Both the position numbers and the translations under genes were made by a program. From Azolla caroliniana (taxonomy: Eukaryota > Plantae > Polypodiophyta), in contig JBHGNT010000163.1 in the NCBI GenBank assembly GCA_043228905.1, forward strand, positions 1-62,875: DNA of 62,875 bases, read 5' to 3'. Below, piece by piece: positions 47,046 to 59,762 of this stretch. The first letter of the stretch is position 1; the number at the start of each line of letters is the position of its first letter. The notes under the pieces are model-generated. The model was not told the origin of the DNA. It saw only the letters and a program-made list of their open reading frames with translations, and made no database searches.

Positions 47046-48051
47046 GGTTGTGGCAAGATGCTAGTTGTTCCCATGACATCAAGAATGGGATTTCTCTCAT
47101 GTCCACATTATTGCCTATGATTTGTTGTCCAGATGAACGCTTGTGAGAACCATAATGCTAATATTGCAGAGGTTTAATGTTCTTTGGATTACGTCTTGCA
47201 ATTTACAATGTTGTTGTGTTGCATAACCATTTCTAATATGGAAAAACAATCTATAACATTGTCAAATTATCAAGGTCTTTGTTGAAGAGAAATGTGTGGC
47301 ATGGACTGAAAATTGTCTCAAGGCACCCTTGGAAGTGCTATTGTGAGGATTTCCACACATGTTTAATGCAGTATGATGCTCAAGGAAATACCCCAAACTA
47401 CTCACATCAAGGTTTAGAATACTTCAAGGATTTGAATCTGTCAAGAAAAGTGAATTTAGCTTCAATGATTTAAATCTATCACAACATCATGTATCTATTA
47501 GTTTACACAACCCCAATATAGAGCTGAAATTGCATTCGTGTGATGTTATAACGAGGTGTGATCTTGTTGTCCGTTTAATGGAAATCATGATGCAAGTTAT
47601 TCTTTCTGATCCTTAAACCCCAAAACCCTCGCTGGAATACATTTCTTTTCACAGGAAACATAATTTATCTATCAAAACAATTTGTATCCTTAGAACAATG
47701 TGATATCCAAGTTTAGATAGATTTCATTGTAAGTTGTAACTACTGATGTAGGTTATCACCATCTCTTTAAAGCAAAAAGACATATCTTGTTACTCACCAT
47801 CACCGCCATCTCTCTAATGAAATATACATACCTCTTGACTCTCTTAATATTATTATGAAGCAAAACCTTGAAACAAGGCATCTTCTCTAGTAGTTTAGAG
47901 ATATATAAATATCAAAATGCTCAAAATATCAAAAGTGCCCATATTGTTTATGCAAGAAGCACATGCAATTGTTTATTCGGCATCAATTGGAATGTAATAT
48001 ACTCTATCTATATGTCTTCTAGTAAGGTATAATAATTAGTGAGGATTGTGC

Positions 48052-48192
48052 GTGTGGTTCTATCGTGATCACTCTATGTTCTGCGGATAAAGATTTCTTG
48101 TGGTTCTATAGTGATCACTCTATGTTCCGAGGATAAAGATTTCTTGTGGTTCTATAGTGATCACTCTATGTTCCAAGGATAAAGATTTCTTG
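48052..48192. repeat. ~46-bp tandem repeat x3
   Basis: tgtggttctat.gtgatcactctatgttc...ggataaagatttct x3. Confidence 0.9.
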
Positions 48193-48244
48193 CGATCTGT
48201 TCTACAAAAAAAATATGATTTGATGGTGTTTTGCACAATCATGT

Positions 48245-48583
48245 GTTGTTTAATAAGCTTGTGTCCCACAACATGTGGGGTTCAACATGGTGCTAGGCTT
48301 CTAAATTGTTTATAAAGGTTTGATAATGTTGTAATTTTTTGTCTTTTTTCCACACTTACCATTTCGCATATAGGGTGTTCACAAATTGGTGCTCAATCTT
48401 TATTAGAAGCCTAATGTTGTTTAATAAGCTTGTGTCCCACAACTGGTGGGGTTCAACATGGTGCTAGCTTCTAAATTGTTTATAAAGGTTCGATAATGTT
48501 GTAATTTTTTGTCTTTTTTCCACACTTACCATTTCGCATATAGGGTGTTCACAAATTGGTGCTCAATCTTTATTAGAAGCCTA
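48245..48583. repeat. ~169-bp near-perfect tandem duplication
   Basis: tgttgtttaataagcttgtgtccca...ctttattagaagccta occurs twice. Confidence 0.9.
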
Positions 48584-51500
48584 TTTATCACACTTAGTTC
48601 AAGTATCACCCATGTCCTATCGCTATTTATGATGGTATGGATTGTTGCTATGTCTCATGTGTATGTTCTAGCTCTTGAGAGGATTCCTTGTGAGAGAGAT
48701 CATGGTACTTCTATTGAAATATGATTTATTCCAAAAACGTTATTGGCACTAATCAATTTGTTAAATATCATTTTATGACAAGGAAATGTTTAACTTAAGT
48801 GATACGTTAAGTATTGCAATTATGCATTGAAATCTTGATTATGAACAATTTACAATTATCGGGGAAGAATCCATAGGAGCTGTTTTGTTAGATGTGCAAC
48901 TCAATGCATGTTATAATGTATCATCATAGTTAGAATTAGAGCAAGCATTTTAAGAAACGGTGGCGAGGGCTTCATTTATTTTCAGATACGTCTCCTGGTA
49001 TGAAGTGGAATTATTCCATTCCTCCTTTTTTATTGCATAGCTTGTAGATGGTGTTCCATTTGTTCCTATTGTGATATCATATGTATCATCAGATGTTGGT
49101 ATTAGGTTTTGTATTACAATAGAGGTGAGATGAAATGTCTCCCTCTGTTTTCTATATGTACATTTCTCAAGTAATTTACTAAGGTGTATCTTTTAAATAA
49201 ATAAAAAATTAGAGCAAGCATTTTAGCAAAATGTCACTTTCATTGCACAACATTCCCAAAGCACCTTTATGTTTTTGTGAAGTTCATAGTACATACCGTA
49301 GAGGGGTATCCTTCTAGATTTTTAGGAACATACTATGTGGTGGTGATGGTAGGGATTCTAGAACCATTTTTCCATATGTACCTGTGAGTTTTCTTTGCAC
49401 TTTCCTGAAATTTCCAAGGCATGATAAATGATTAGCATAGTCAATTGAATACAAAGAAAGTTGTTCAATAATGTAAAGAAATTGTATAACCAAACTCTTG
49501 ATAAGTTCCTTTGCAAGTTAGACCTTCAATAAACTAGCAAGTTGCATAAACCAAAGTCATAAAACTCAAAAGGAATTAATGTCCTCTGCAACTCGTAGTT
49601 GTATTTCATTGAAAAGGCTTAGCATGCTAAACCATTGACGCATGGAAGTTTTGGAGGTTGTCTTGAGGAGGTGTGCATGGTTTTAAGCTCATGTTCCCAC
49701 TTATGACTAGGCATTGTTTTACGCGTGTGATGCAAATAAATTATTCCTCGAACAGTTCCCATGGCATTGTCTTTCGTAAATTTTCCTTTCTTTAATGAAA
49801 AGTGAGATGGTTGTAAATGCATGTTTCTTGATTTAATGTGATATTCAACCACTTTTCTCTTCATTTTTCTCGATGATTCGACTACCCATATCATGATATG
49901 ATGCCCAACTCATATTTTGAGAATATTGTAAGTGGAATTCGAGTGAATATGCAATTATTATTTCATCCCGAATCTATATATAAGGTGGACGGAACTATAA
50001 TCAAGATCATGAGTGGTCCAAAAATTATTATTGTGTGTTATAATAACTCCTTGAAAGATGTGGGGTTTTACAAGCCCATATGGTTAGGGATAAGCATATG
50101 TTTTTTCATGTGTTGAGGTTTTTGGAAACATGTAGAAAGGAGAAGCATTGGTATATTATAATTGGCAAAACACATAGTTGGAAGTGTTTGCTTCAATAGT
50201 CGTGTTTATAACTACTCTTCAAGATGTGTTGGCAATATGGACATCAAGACCCTCGTGTTACTTCCCTTTACGGTGCCCTTTAGGTAACTTCACTTATCTT
50301 GTGACTTGCTTATCATCCATTTCAATCATTCAATTAAGTTGTTATTGTCTTTCTTTTGCTAGATTGGTTTTTTAAGATAATCGTAAGGATGATCAATGGT
50401 AGCCCCATTTGGATTTTGTATTGATCCTCTTATTGGGAGTGGCTTCTTTGTTCCACAATTTGGTGATACTTGTTTGAAAAATCTTCCTCTTTATTTGCTT
50501 CACATTTACTCCTTTCCCTTTTCTCTTTTGTTAAGCTCGGGTATTTAATGGGGTATTAGCCTACACTGAAGTGACCGATCTTTGCGAGCATGAAAACATG
50601 CATTAGAAAGATTCTTGTAGAAAATGAGCTAGAGGTTTATATTCCTAACAACTCTCAATGTCTTGTCACGTACGATGTATTGAGGGGTGATATAGTGGTT
50701 GCATATGAAGTTTACTTATCATAACTATCCATCCTAGGATGTCTTGTAAGGTCACACAGGACATTCGGTAGCTTTATGTGCATATAGTCTATGTCCTAAG
50801 CTAAAGTCTTTTTGTGTCGAAGTCAAGGAATCCCATCAACAAAAATGTGAGAAGAATCTAACTCAAGCTCACTATTTGGATGGAACTCTTAGAATTGTGT
50901 GTCCTTAACGAAACAAAATAAAGAAAAGGTTAAAGTGTGATGGTAGAATCTAGATGTCACTTCATGACAATGTTTCTAACTAGTGAAATGGAGTAAGTAA
51001 TAAAGCCTATTTCTATGCCAACATAAATTTGGACATCACAAATAGACACATGACTTTACCATGACTTGGAAAAAGTAGGCACATGTTTGCATATTGATAA
51101 TACTAGAAGTCATGTGGACCTCTTCTATTCTTATGGTGAAATTAACTTTACCTTATATTCTAAGATATAACGACTTCATGATTTTCCTACTTATAGTGGG
51201 GTGTTGCTTTCATGAATAATTGGTTTTATGCATTTATATAGATATCAAATCTTCCACTGCATGAACGAAAGAAATTAGAATCATTAGTGCATCAAACTTG
51301 TGTATTCACGATGGTCTTGTGCTTAGTGGTTATAATTATCATGGATGACTGATTATGTTCCAGATATTGTATCTCAATCAATTCTTGATTATGAATCACA
51401 CAATCTTGACACTGCCACATGTCAACTTGTTACCCCAAGATAAAAATATTTGAGTCTATGGCCAAATGCAAAACCATTACATAAGGTTAGAGCATTTTAA

Positions 51501-54131
51501 AGTTTTGGATTGATTCTTTGAGATAATGACTAGAATGTATTGCATGTTAATGAGGCACTTAACTTTATTAAGAGATCATAGATGTTGCTCCTTTTGAGGA
51601 CTTGTCAATGATCTTTAAAAGCAAAATTCTTGATTCAATCTAATGTGGCTGCCAACTTATGTTGGTTCATGTACAACCTTAGTGCATTTCTTAATACTAA
51701 TGTGGTTTCATTTCATTAAAAGAAAAAGAGTGTATTACAGTGATTTCCCAAGTCCTAGGTTGGTTTTTTACTATGCTAGTATCTAATGTTAAGTCATCAT
51801 CTAGATTTCCTTGATTCATGCTTTTGTAAAGGGTAGGGTGCACGACACTGTGTTGTGCACATAATGTCTTTTTCTCTATTAGTTAAAATGTTATACATTT
51901 TGCTTAATCAACGTGCCACTAACTAAAACACATTTTGCTTACGACATTGAATCAACAAGTTATTTAATCAATGCATTACTTCGTTTAGGCAGTTAAGTAG
52001 CAACACTTTACTTATTTACTTGTGGAATTGCGTAATAGGAATTTGATTATTTTCGAATCTAATTGGGCAAAAGGTGGATAGTTGTAGCTTGTAGGTAATA
52101 AGCGCTTAACTTTTCTTGTAGAATCTATCTACTTAACTTTTCTTGCTATTCTAATCACGACTTTCATATGAATGTTATAGTTTGGTGTCCTTGCTTTGAA
52201 TTCTCTCTTATTTGCATGAATGTTTTCGAAAATCATCATCATAACTTATTTACTATTTTGTCAAGGCTCCTGTAATTTGTATCAATAGTATGTCCCTTGA
52301 TTAGAGGTGCATATTAAAATGCATCTCATCATTGGCACATGTATGAGGTAGGTAAACAATTGAAAGGATGTGATTACATGTCCTAAGAAAGTGCTACCAA
52401 TGTATGAATTCTGTGACAGATCCATTGTGTATTTTTATTACAACGAACTTTTTCACCCATATTGTTTATTCATTACATATTATGGCATCCATTTGGCTTT
52501 GGTTACTACAAACCCTCCTATGTGATTGTTTGTGTTAACAAACTTCTATCATCCAAATGTTGTGAACACATACCTCCTTTCATTAGTCCTCATAGTATAC
52601 TCACAATTGGGTTGTGCATTACGGCCTTCTATTAGTTACGGACCAAAGTGATTATAACGGAGAAATTGTACACCATGGTGGGGTGGTTATGTGTACCATG
52701 TTAAACCGCAAATAAGAGCGCAATGTTTATAGCTAGTTTTAACTGTTTGTAAGTTGAAAATTGATGTTGCATTCAATTGTAAAAAAATCTGGATAATTTT
52801 AGTTTGAAACCTTGTGTAGTCACAACTTGTTCCAATAAGGAATAGGAAAAACTAGGTATCAAAATATTGATATTGCTTTTTTGGAACACAAAGGAGTGAA
52901 AAAAACACAAGGCATTGCCCCCAAAAAGTCAATGTGAGTAGCACATATTTAGCCTATAATAACTAATGCAGCAGAGATGTAATTAAACACTTGAAAATAC
53001 CTATATTGATCATTTCTCCTATGCATGGTTCTGGTTGATGCACCGAATTTAACCACATTTGCATTTGCTTTCCTCACATTGTCAATCTCCAACCATAGAC
53101 ACATTTCTCTCGCAATCACAATGTGCATTGTCAATCGCAAATCCGTTGGTAAAATGCTTCAACATCGGGCAATCAGCTGGACCACATATACTACATGAAG
53201 GAAGATATTTCACTACTGTCCATAACAGGCAATGTTCGACCTCGGAGGATGATAATAAAATCCGTCTTCGCAATGACTGACAGTCAAAATTACCATATCT
53301 CAGAATGCCTAATTGGGAAGATCTGTGCTTTCCAAAAAGATACAATACTGTAAACATGGGTTGTCCATGTCCAGCTTCCACACCATGAAAACGCTTTCCA
53401 TCCTTCCAAGCATGTGATAAAAAAGCAAGCTATGAATCGACATCATAGATTATTAGATTGTGAATGGAGAGGGTGGGAGAGCCTCATTGAGCTCTTTCAA
53501 ACCACTGGCAGTTTCAGTGCTTGCATTACATTGAAGCTTTTTTTTCTTCAAAATACTTGTGCTTGTGGCCCCGATTTTACAAGCTTATATTGTATCTTTT
53601 TAATGCAAGAAGATCAGCTTTTACATACATATATGATATAATACATAGGTACCCGTCTAAGCATCCATGCATTAACCTCATGACTTCACATGTTACCTCT
53701 GATACATACACACATATGAGATCTGTATATCATAACAATGGCTATGCATATCCTGCCCAAAATGTAACGAAAAAACAATAAGAAAAAAAGCACAGAAACA
53801 GTTTTGCTCAATTTTGCTAACTTGATGCCTACTCATCAATGACCCGAACAGAGTTTTGCACATTTTTCCATTCCTGAAATATATGCTGAATGTCGTGGAT
53901 TCCCCCTTTTTCATCAGCTGTTATGTACAAAAAGCTAATATATGTTCCCTTTAGAGGTGAGCTCTACCCTAAAATTGGATTAGAGAGACTTAAACTAACT
54001 CAAAATTAGTCCTAATCCTGGATATCAATCAGGATTTTGTGTATGAAACAGTTAGTAGAATGGTATCATACACAAGGACAGAGCTTAATTGTTGAATTTG
54101 AGCTTTGACACTTCGTTAACAGAGTATGAGT

Positions 54132-57100
54132 TTAATCATCATCAAGTGTTTTCAGTCGCTTTGCAGCTTGTACAAAACGCGCAATAACTTGGATTTCATC
54201 GAGCTTCTGCAACATATAACACACACACACACACCATAGTGGGGAAAAAAGGTAAATCAAAAGATAAAATGTTATATGGAAAACACGTCCATTATTTCTA
54301 GGATTAAATGTTCCCACATTTTCATTCCTTCCCCAAGAAAACTCATCCATATAATTGTTCAACTCTCACATATAATTGAGAAAGAGGGGATGAATTAACC
54401 ATATAGTTGCTCAAGTAGCATATGTAGCTGCTGGATCCAGGATTAGGTAATAATGAAACTTCGAAGGATTTCGGAAAATAACAAAAGAAACTCGGGAGAT
54501 CCTGGAATTTTCTCCCTGAGCACTGCTGTTATGAGCATATGCATAACTGCATCTTTAAGGGTTAATTAAGTATATAGGATATAATTAATGGGCCTATTCT
54601 CCAGCCTTAATTAACCGATAACATAGTTAAGAGTGTTAGTTATATTCATATAACACTAATTTACTACTCTTTACTTAAGATTGATACTGACGGAAGCAAG
54701 TAGTTATGCTCACGTAGTACTAATTATTAATCTTTATGTGGAAGAAAGAATTCTGCTACTTAAGAGTGGTACGAATGGACAGGACTACCACGATTTCATG
54801 CCACCTTATAATCAGCAAAACAACTGGAAAGTAATTCATGCTACACTATAATCAACAAAAAAACCCATGAAAAGACAATCATACTGCATCTGGATCATTC
54901 TTTGAATGATCTCATTGTGATACATTACACATATTAAAAAGAAATTTCCAATATAATGATTTGATCATGCTACATTATAATCAATAACCCTAATAACCTT
55001 GCGAAAAGATAATTTGATTGCATGTTAAGATCTACAGACGACTTTAAAGTCACATGGATCAAACTGTGCACATTATGACTAAAATCGATTAAAGACATAA
55101 TTATTCTTGTATAAATCATTGAGGTTAAAATGTGTACGTACATACATATGGAGGATGTAAGATTTACCTGAGAGCTGAAATGTCTCTCTACAGCATCAAC
55201 AAGCTGCTGTTTGGAAGAATGAGGACCTGCATCAACCTTTGTATCCAATCGATGATTTGCAATGAAAGGTTAAAACGCTTCAGTACACAGAAAAAAATGG
55301 AAGAAAAGAAAACCAACAAACCGATTACACTTGAAAAAGAGCATTACCAATTTGAATCGTTTCCAATATCTTAAGAGAGTATCTGTTTCTAGTTTGCTAA
55401 GGTTCACCTTCTGCACATATCAAAGACAATTCCACTAGTAAAAAAGAAAATTGGCTAAGGGACTTTTCGATGAACTATAGCCAAATATTCATCCCAGAAC
55501 AAAAATAACGTCATTTTATCTAAATCCATCATCAGACCACTTCTTCAGAGACTACAACCCAATCAGAAACAAGAGAAACGATGTCATTGACCAGACCCAA
55601 TTCTTTCAAAGACTCCATAGCCCCCCCGAGCATAGAGACCAAAACATGAAATTTGATCTAAATGCATAATTTAGAAATCAAGATTTTCAAGAACCCTAAT
55701 TCCCGAGAACATGACCTAGGCAGAATACAGATGTTATACTCACCAGAAACCTATGGCCAGATTTGGATCCAGCTGTTGAGAAGGCATCAGCAACTTGAGA
55801 TTTTCTAGCGAAACAGCTAGGCTTTTGCGGTCGAACCCTTGTTTTGAAAGGCCGTCGATAGTCCTCTGAATAGATATATGTAATTCATAGGATTATTAGC
55901 ATAAAAAAGGTCAGAATCATCAAACATCAATCGCTATGTGTCTAAACAACCCACATTAAATTGTTAAAAATCAAGCATAAATTTAAAATGTGGTTAAACA
56001 AACCATGTCAAGATTCAAAGCAGGTTATGGAAAATATTAAGTATTAATTAATGTGTGACTAAGGATCGAAGGACATGCTTAAATGGAATCTACTGAGAGT
56101 TTTTCATCAATAAATATGCAGTTCAGAAACCCATAATAAAGCTTCAAAATCAATTTATATTGTAGTTAAAATCAATCTTAAAATCAAATTATCAAGGTGT
56201 GAAACATTGATTAATATGTGGTAAACAGTTCACATCAAAACTTCAGCTCAGATTGTTAAGAGCATACATTAATATGTTGTTAAGTATGCCACATCAAATT
56301 TCAAGTAAAAGAATAAGAAATAACAAGAATCAATTGATACAGCCCACATTAAGGTTCAAATCAGGTTTTTGGGATATTAAGCATCAATTGGTACAACCCT
56401 CATCAAGCTCAAATTAATCATCGAGAACATCAAGCATCAATAGATACAAGCCAGATCATCGTTGTATGTAAAGTTATTAATAGCACCAAGCATCAATTGA
56501 ATATGTGGTTAACAACACATATCAAGATCAAAACTGAAAGGAATATTATAGTCGAGAAACAAGCAGCAAAATTATAAAAACATCATCGACCATGAAAATG
56601 GATCCACAAAAGCATTTGATTTATTATCAGGCAAAATTGTTAAATTTCTGAAGGTCTTTATGTACTGACCTATGTTTGATCTTCCATCCTCAGAATCATT
56701 TTCATCTTCCTCTAACCCTGTGGGAGGTTCTAGAACACTCAAGGCATTTCGTTGAAGTTTAACTTCAACCCCATTCGTAAGAACCTATATATAAACAAGA
56801 AACATAGAGCATTCATTAGAATTAGCAAGTAAAAGAAAATTGAATTAGCGTTACAGGTTTCACAGATTTGGTCAGACTCAATGTACTGAAAACGCCCTTT
56901 TGGGAATAGTGAGAGAACAAAAGTATTGCTAAATCAAGAAATACTCAAGGAAGATAATTTCTATATACTCTGGACTCATGAGAAATATAGTGAAGATTCT
57001 TTTTTCTAACCCTAAGAAATTAAATGGAAAGAGACTGGTTTTAAGAAACATAAAATAAGTTCCATCAATGCTCAAATTACTTTAGAAAACATGTTCATGG

Positions 57101-58246
57101 ATGTGACTGGATTTCTCTACTGTGTTTAACTTCTGGCTAACCGTTTGCCTGTGGATGAACCAGGGTTTATAATATGAATCATTTAAATGGAAAAATTTAA
57201 GAAGTTCCCAATGTTAAAAAAGAAGCTCTTGGGGTCTTTCTACAGTGTATTTGATCTGATTAAACTTTTGTGCTATGGTGGAATGGATAATTAGGGTTTG
57301 TTGGTTTTGCTTGATTCTCATTGCCGGCCAATGCAAAATTACTCCAAACAGAAAACTCAGGGTGTGTTCCTCTGTGAGCTTTTTCACGGTGAGAGAAAAC
57401 ACAAATGCACAGAGAGAGAGAAATAGAGGAATAAATTATTAGGGTTTCTTAAAATGAAGAGCTAAAAAATAGCAATATAATTAGTCCAACCAATGCTAAA
57501 TGAAGCTGAAATTTTGGTTATGGCTGGATTAATCATAATTAGGGCTTTCTTTGTTTCGTATCGTATCAACTTTGTATGAAGCTTTTTTTTGGCTAATAAT
57601 GGCAAAAATAAAACAAAACAAAGCAGAGTTTTCAATCTTTCTCTGCGCATTTAAAACTTTGCATATCATGCAAGCCAATGCGAAACTAATCCAATCACTG
57701 CTAATCAAAACTAGTTATTGGATATGGCTGAAGAAGTACTTGAGCGTTAATTTCTTTTGTGTTTGATTCAAACCTGGTGGGGGACTTATGAAGCCATACA
57801 AAAGGATATGCTAGGGATTTTCTTCTTTCTCTGCAATTTCTTTGCATAAGCACACATAATAGCCACTGCTAAAATGAAGGTAGCCCTTTTGGGTAAAACG
57901 GCTACCTGAACGGATCAACAAAATAGGGTTTTCTTGAGTTTTGATTAGTTTAAACTGTATGGAAGGGGGGGATCATGAAGCTTTTTGGCTATGGCGAAAA
58001 CAATCATCTACATACATATAACATAAACAAATTAGGTTTTACTTCTTCGCATACATGATTACAGTCACATACCAGCCAATGCCAACCGCCGAGGCCAACA
58101 GCCTTCTTGACGACGCCATGAGATCCGACCAGAACAGATCTTGTCCGGTTATTCCCCGTTACAATCACCTTGGTATGGCGTGGCAGTACAGAAACTTCCT
58201 CATCGAAATTAGTCTCTTCCTCTTCAATCTCTTCCTCCATCATCAT
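54132..58246 (-). CDS. SAP30 Sin3-binding-domain protein (AFR1/AFR2-like HDAC complex subunit), 6 exons, ~205 aa
   Basis: Exons 58246-58073, 56784-56670, 55865-55744, 55410-55348, 55236-55168, 54206-54132 (618 nt). Motifs SVLPRHTKVIVTGNNRT.SVLVG..GVVKKAVGLGGWHWLVLTNG.EVKLQRNALSVLE.PTG; V.LSKLE...L.RYW..F.L; SKQQLVDAVERHF.SQ.LDE.QVI..FVQAAKRLK. Confidence 0.93.
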
Positions 58247-58269
58247 AATTGCCCAACCTAATCCTTTCT

Positions 58270-58595
58270 TTATTAGGGTTTTCCAACCCTAGAAAATCCC
58301 TTATTTTAATTCTTTAATTTATACTTATGGATTTTCTATCCCTAAACCCTAATTCCTTCTCAGCTGAGAAATTTCTAATTTCTGAAGAAAAAAACCCTCC
58401 TCCTTTTTAAACCCTACCTCATCTCATCCTCAGCTGAAGCCCTAATTATGAAATGTTACTTTTTCCAAAAGCTCTGAATGTTAATTCCTTCTCGTCTGAA
58501 ACCATCCCAACTCCAAAAATCTCCTCTTTCAAACCCTGAAACCCTACTTCTGACGTACCCCTTTCCTAATTCTCTCTCACCTAAAACCCTAACTC
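58270..58595 (-). promoter_or_regulatory. Cluster of telo-box-like (AAACCCTA/TAGGGTTT) motifs in the 5' region of the AFR-like gene
   Basis: tagggttt at ~58274, aaaccctaa at ~58344, aaacccta at ~58409, ~58539 and ~58584. Confidence 0.4.
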
Positions 58596-59609
58596 TGAAA
58601 AGATCCTCGGTAAATCGTAATTTCGCCTCAGGTGAAGCCCAATTTCTCAAAATCTCCTCTTTTAAATCCTGTGTGCTCCTCAGCTGGAGCCCTGATTCTG
58701 AGAAATCCGTTTCTAATCCTTAATTTCTCCTCATCTGAATCTCTAATTCTGAGAAGCTTCATTAAATAACTGATATCTTCTGCTCCACCTTCATTATTAT
58801 TGTGCCAATGTTATTTATTTTGGCCTTATAATAATCTGATAGAGAGAATCTCTGATTCCTTCTCATACCACCGCTAATTCTTTCTTATATACCCTAATTC
58901 CTTCTCAAATTAATCCTAATTCTTCCTTATAAATCCCTGATTCCGAAAAAATCCTTTTTCAAAAGAAAAAAAGACCGCCTCTAATTCTATTAGATTCGCC
59001 ATCACAATGCCATCACATAAATATAAAGAATATGTATGACCTTACAATATTCCCCCAAAAGAGAGAGAGAGAGAGAGAGAAGAAACCTTAATTCCTTCTG
59101 ATAAAATCCAAATTTCAACAGCAAAAGAGGTCAAAGAAGAATTGAAAAGACGCTTGAATTTTGATCAATATAATGAAAAATTGGTATCCCCTGAGAAACA
59201 GGGAGGAGGAAGAGGAAGGAGAAACCCTGTTTCTGAGCAGAAACTTAAGCAGAGATCAGGAGAGGAACTAAAGCCATAAGCTGTGGCGCAATTTAAATGC
59301 AATCAACATTAAACAGACTAAAGAGGCATTTGGATGGATAGGAGTTGATCAAATGGAGCAATGCAGACCATGTTTGGAGCTAAAACATTATGTAATAAGA
59401 GATAGAGCTTTCTTGAACGAAGGTTTGGGGGGGGGGAGGAGCTATGGAGATTTCTCATGGGTTGCAGGGAGGGTTGAGAAGGATCATGAAGAGAGAGAGA
59501 GAGAGAGAGAGAGAATGGAATGGAATGGAATGAAGGTCAGGAGCTATGGCGATTTTCTGAGAGACAGGGGAAGGGGCAGGAAGGAGACGATGGGATGCCC
59601 TGTTTATAC

Positions 59610-59762
59610 CTAGAGAGAGGTAAATGCTCTGTAGAGAGAGGTAAATGCTCCCTAGAGAGAGACACACACACAGAGAGGTTGCAGTAGAGAGAAGTAAATA
59701 TGAGTAGGGGTAGAGAGAAGTAAATCATTCTAGAGAGAAGTAAATCCTTCTAGAGAGAGGAA
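59610..59762. repeat. ~20-bp degenerate minisatellite (TAGAGAGA.GTAAAT)
   Basis: TAGAGAGAGGTAAATGCTC / TAGAGAGAAGTAAATC repeated about 6 times. Confidence 0.75.
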
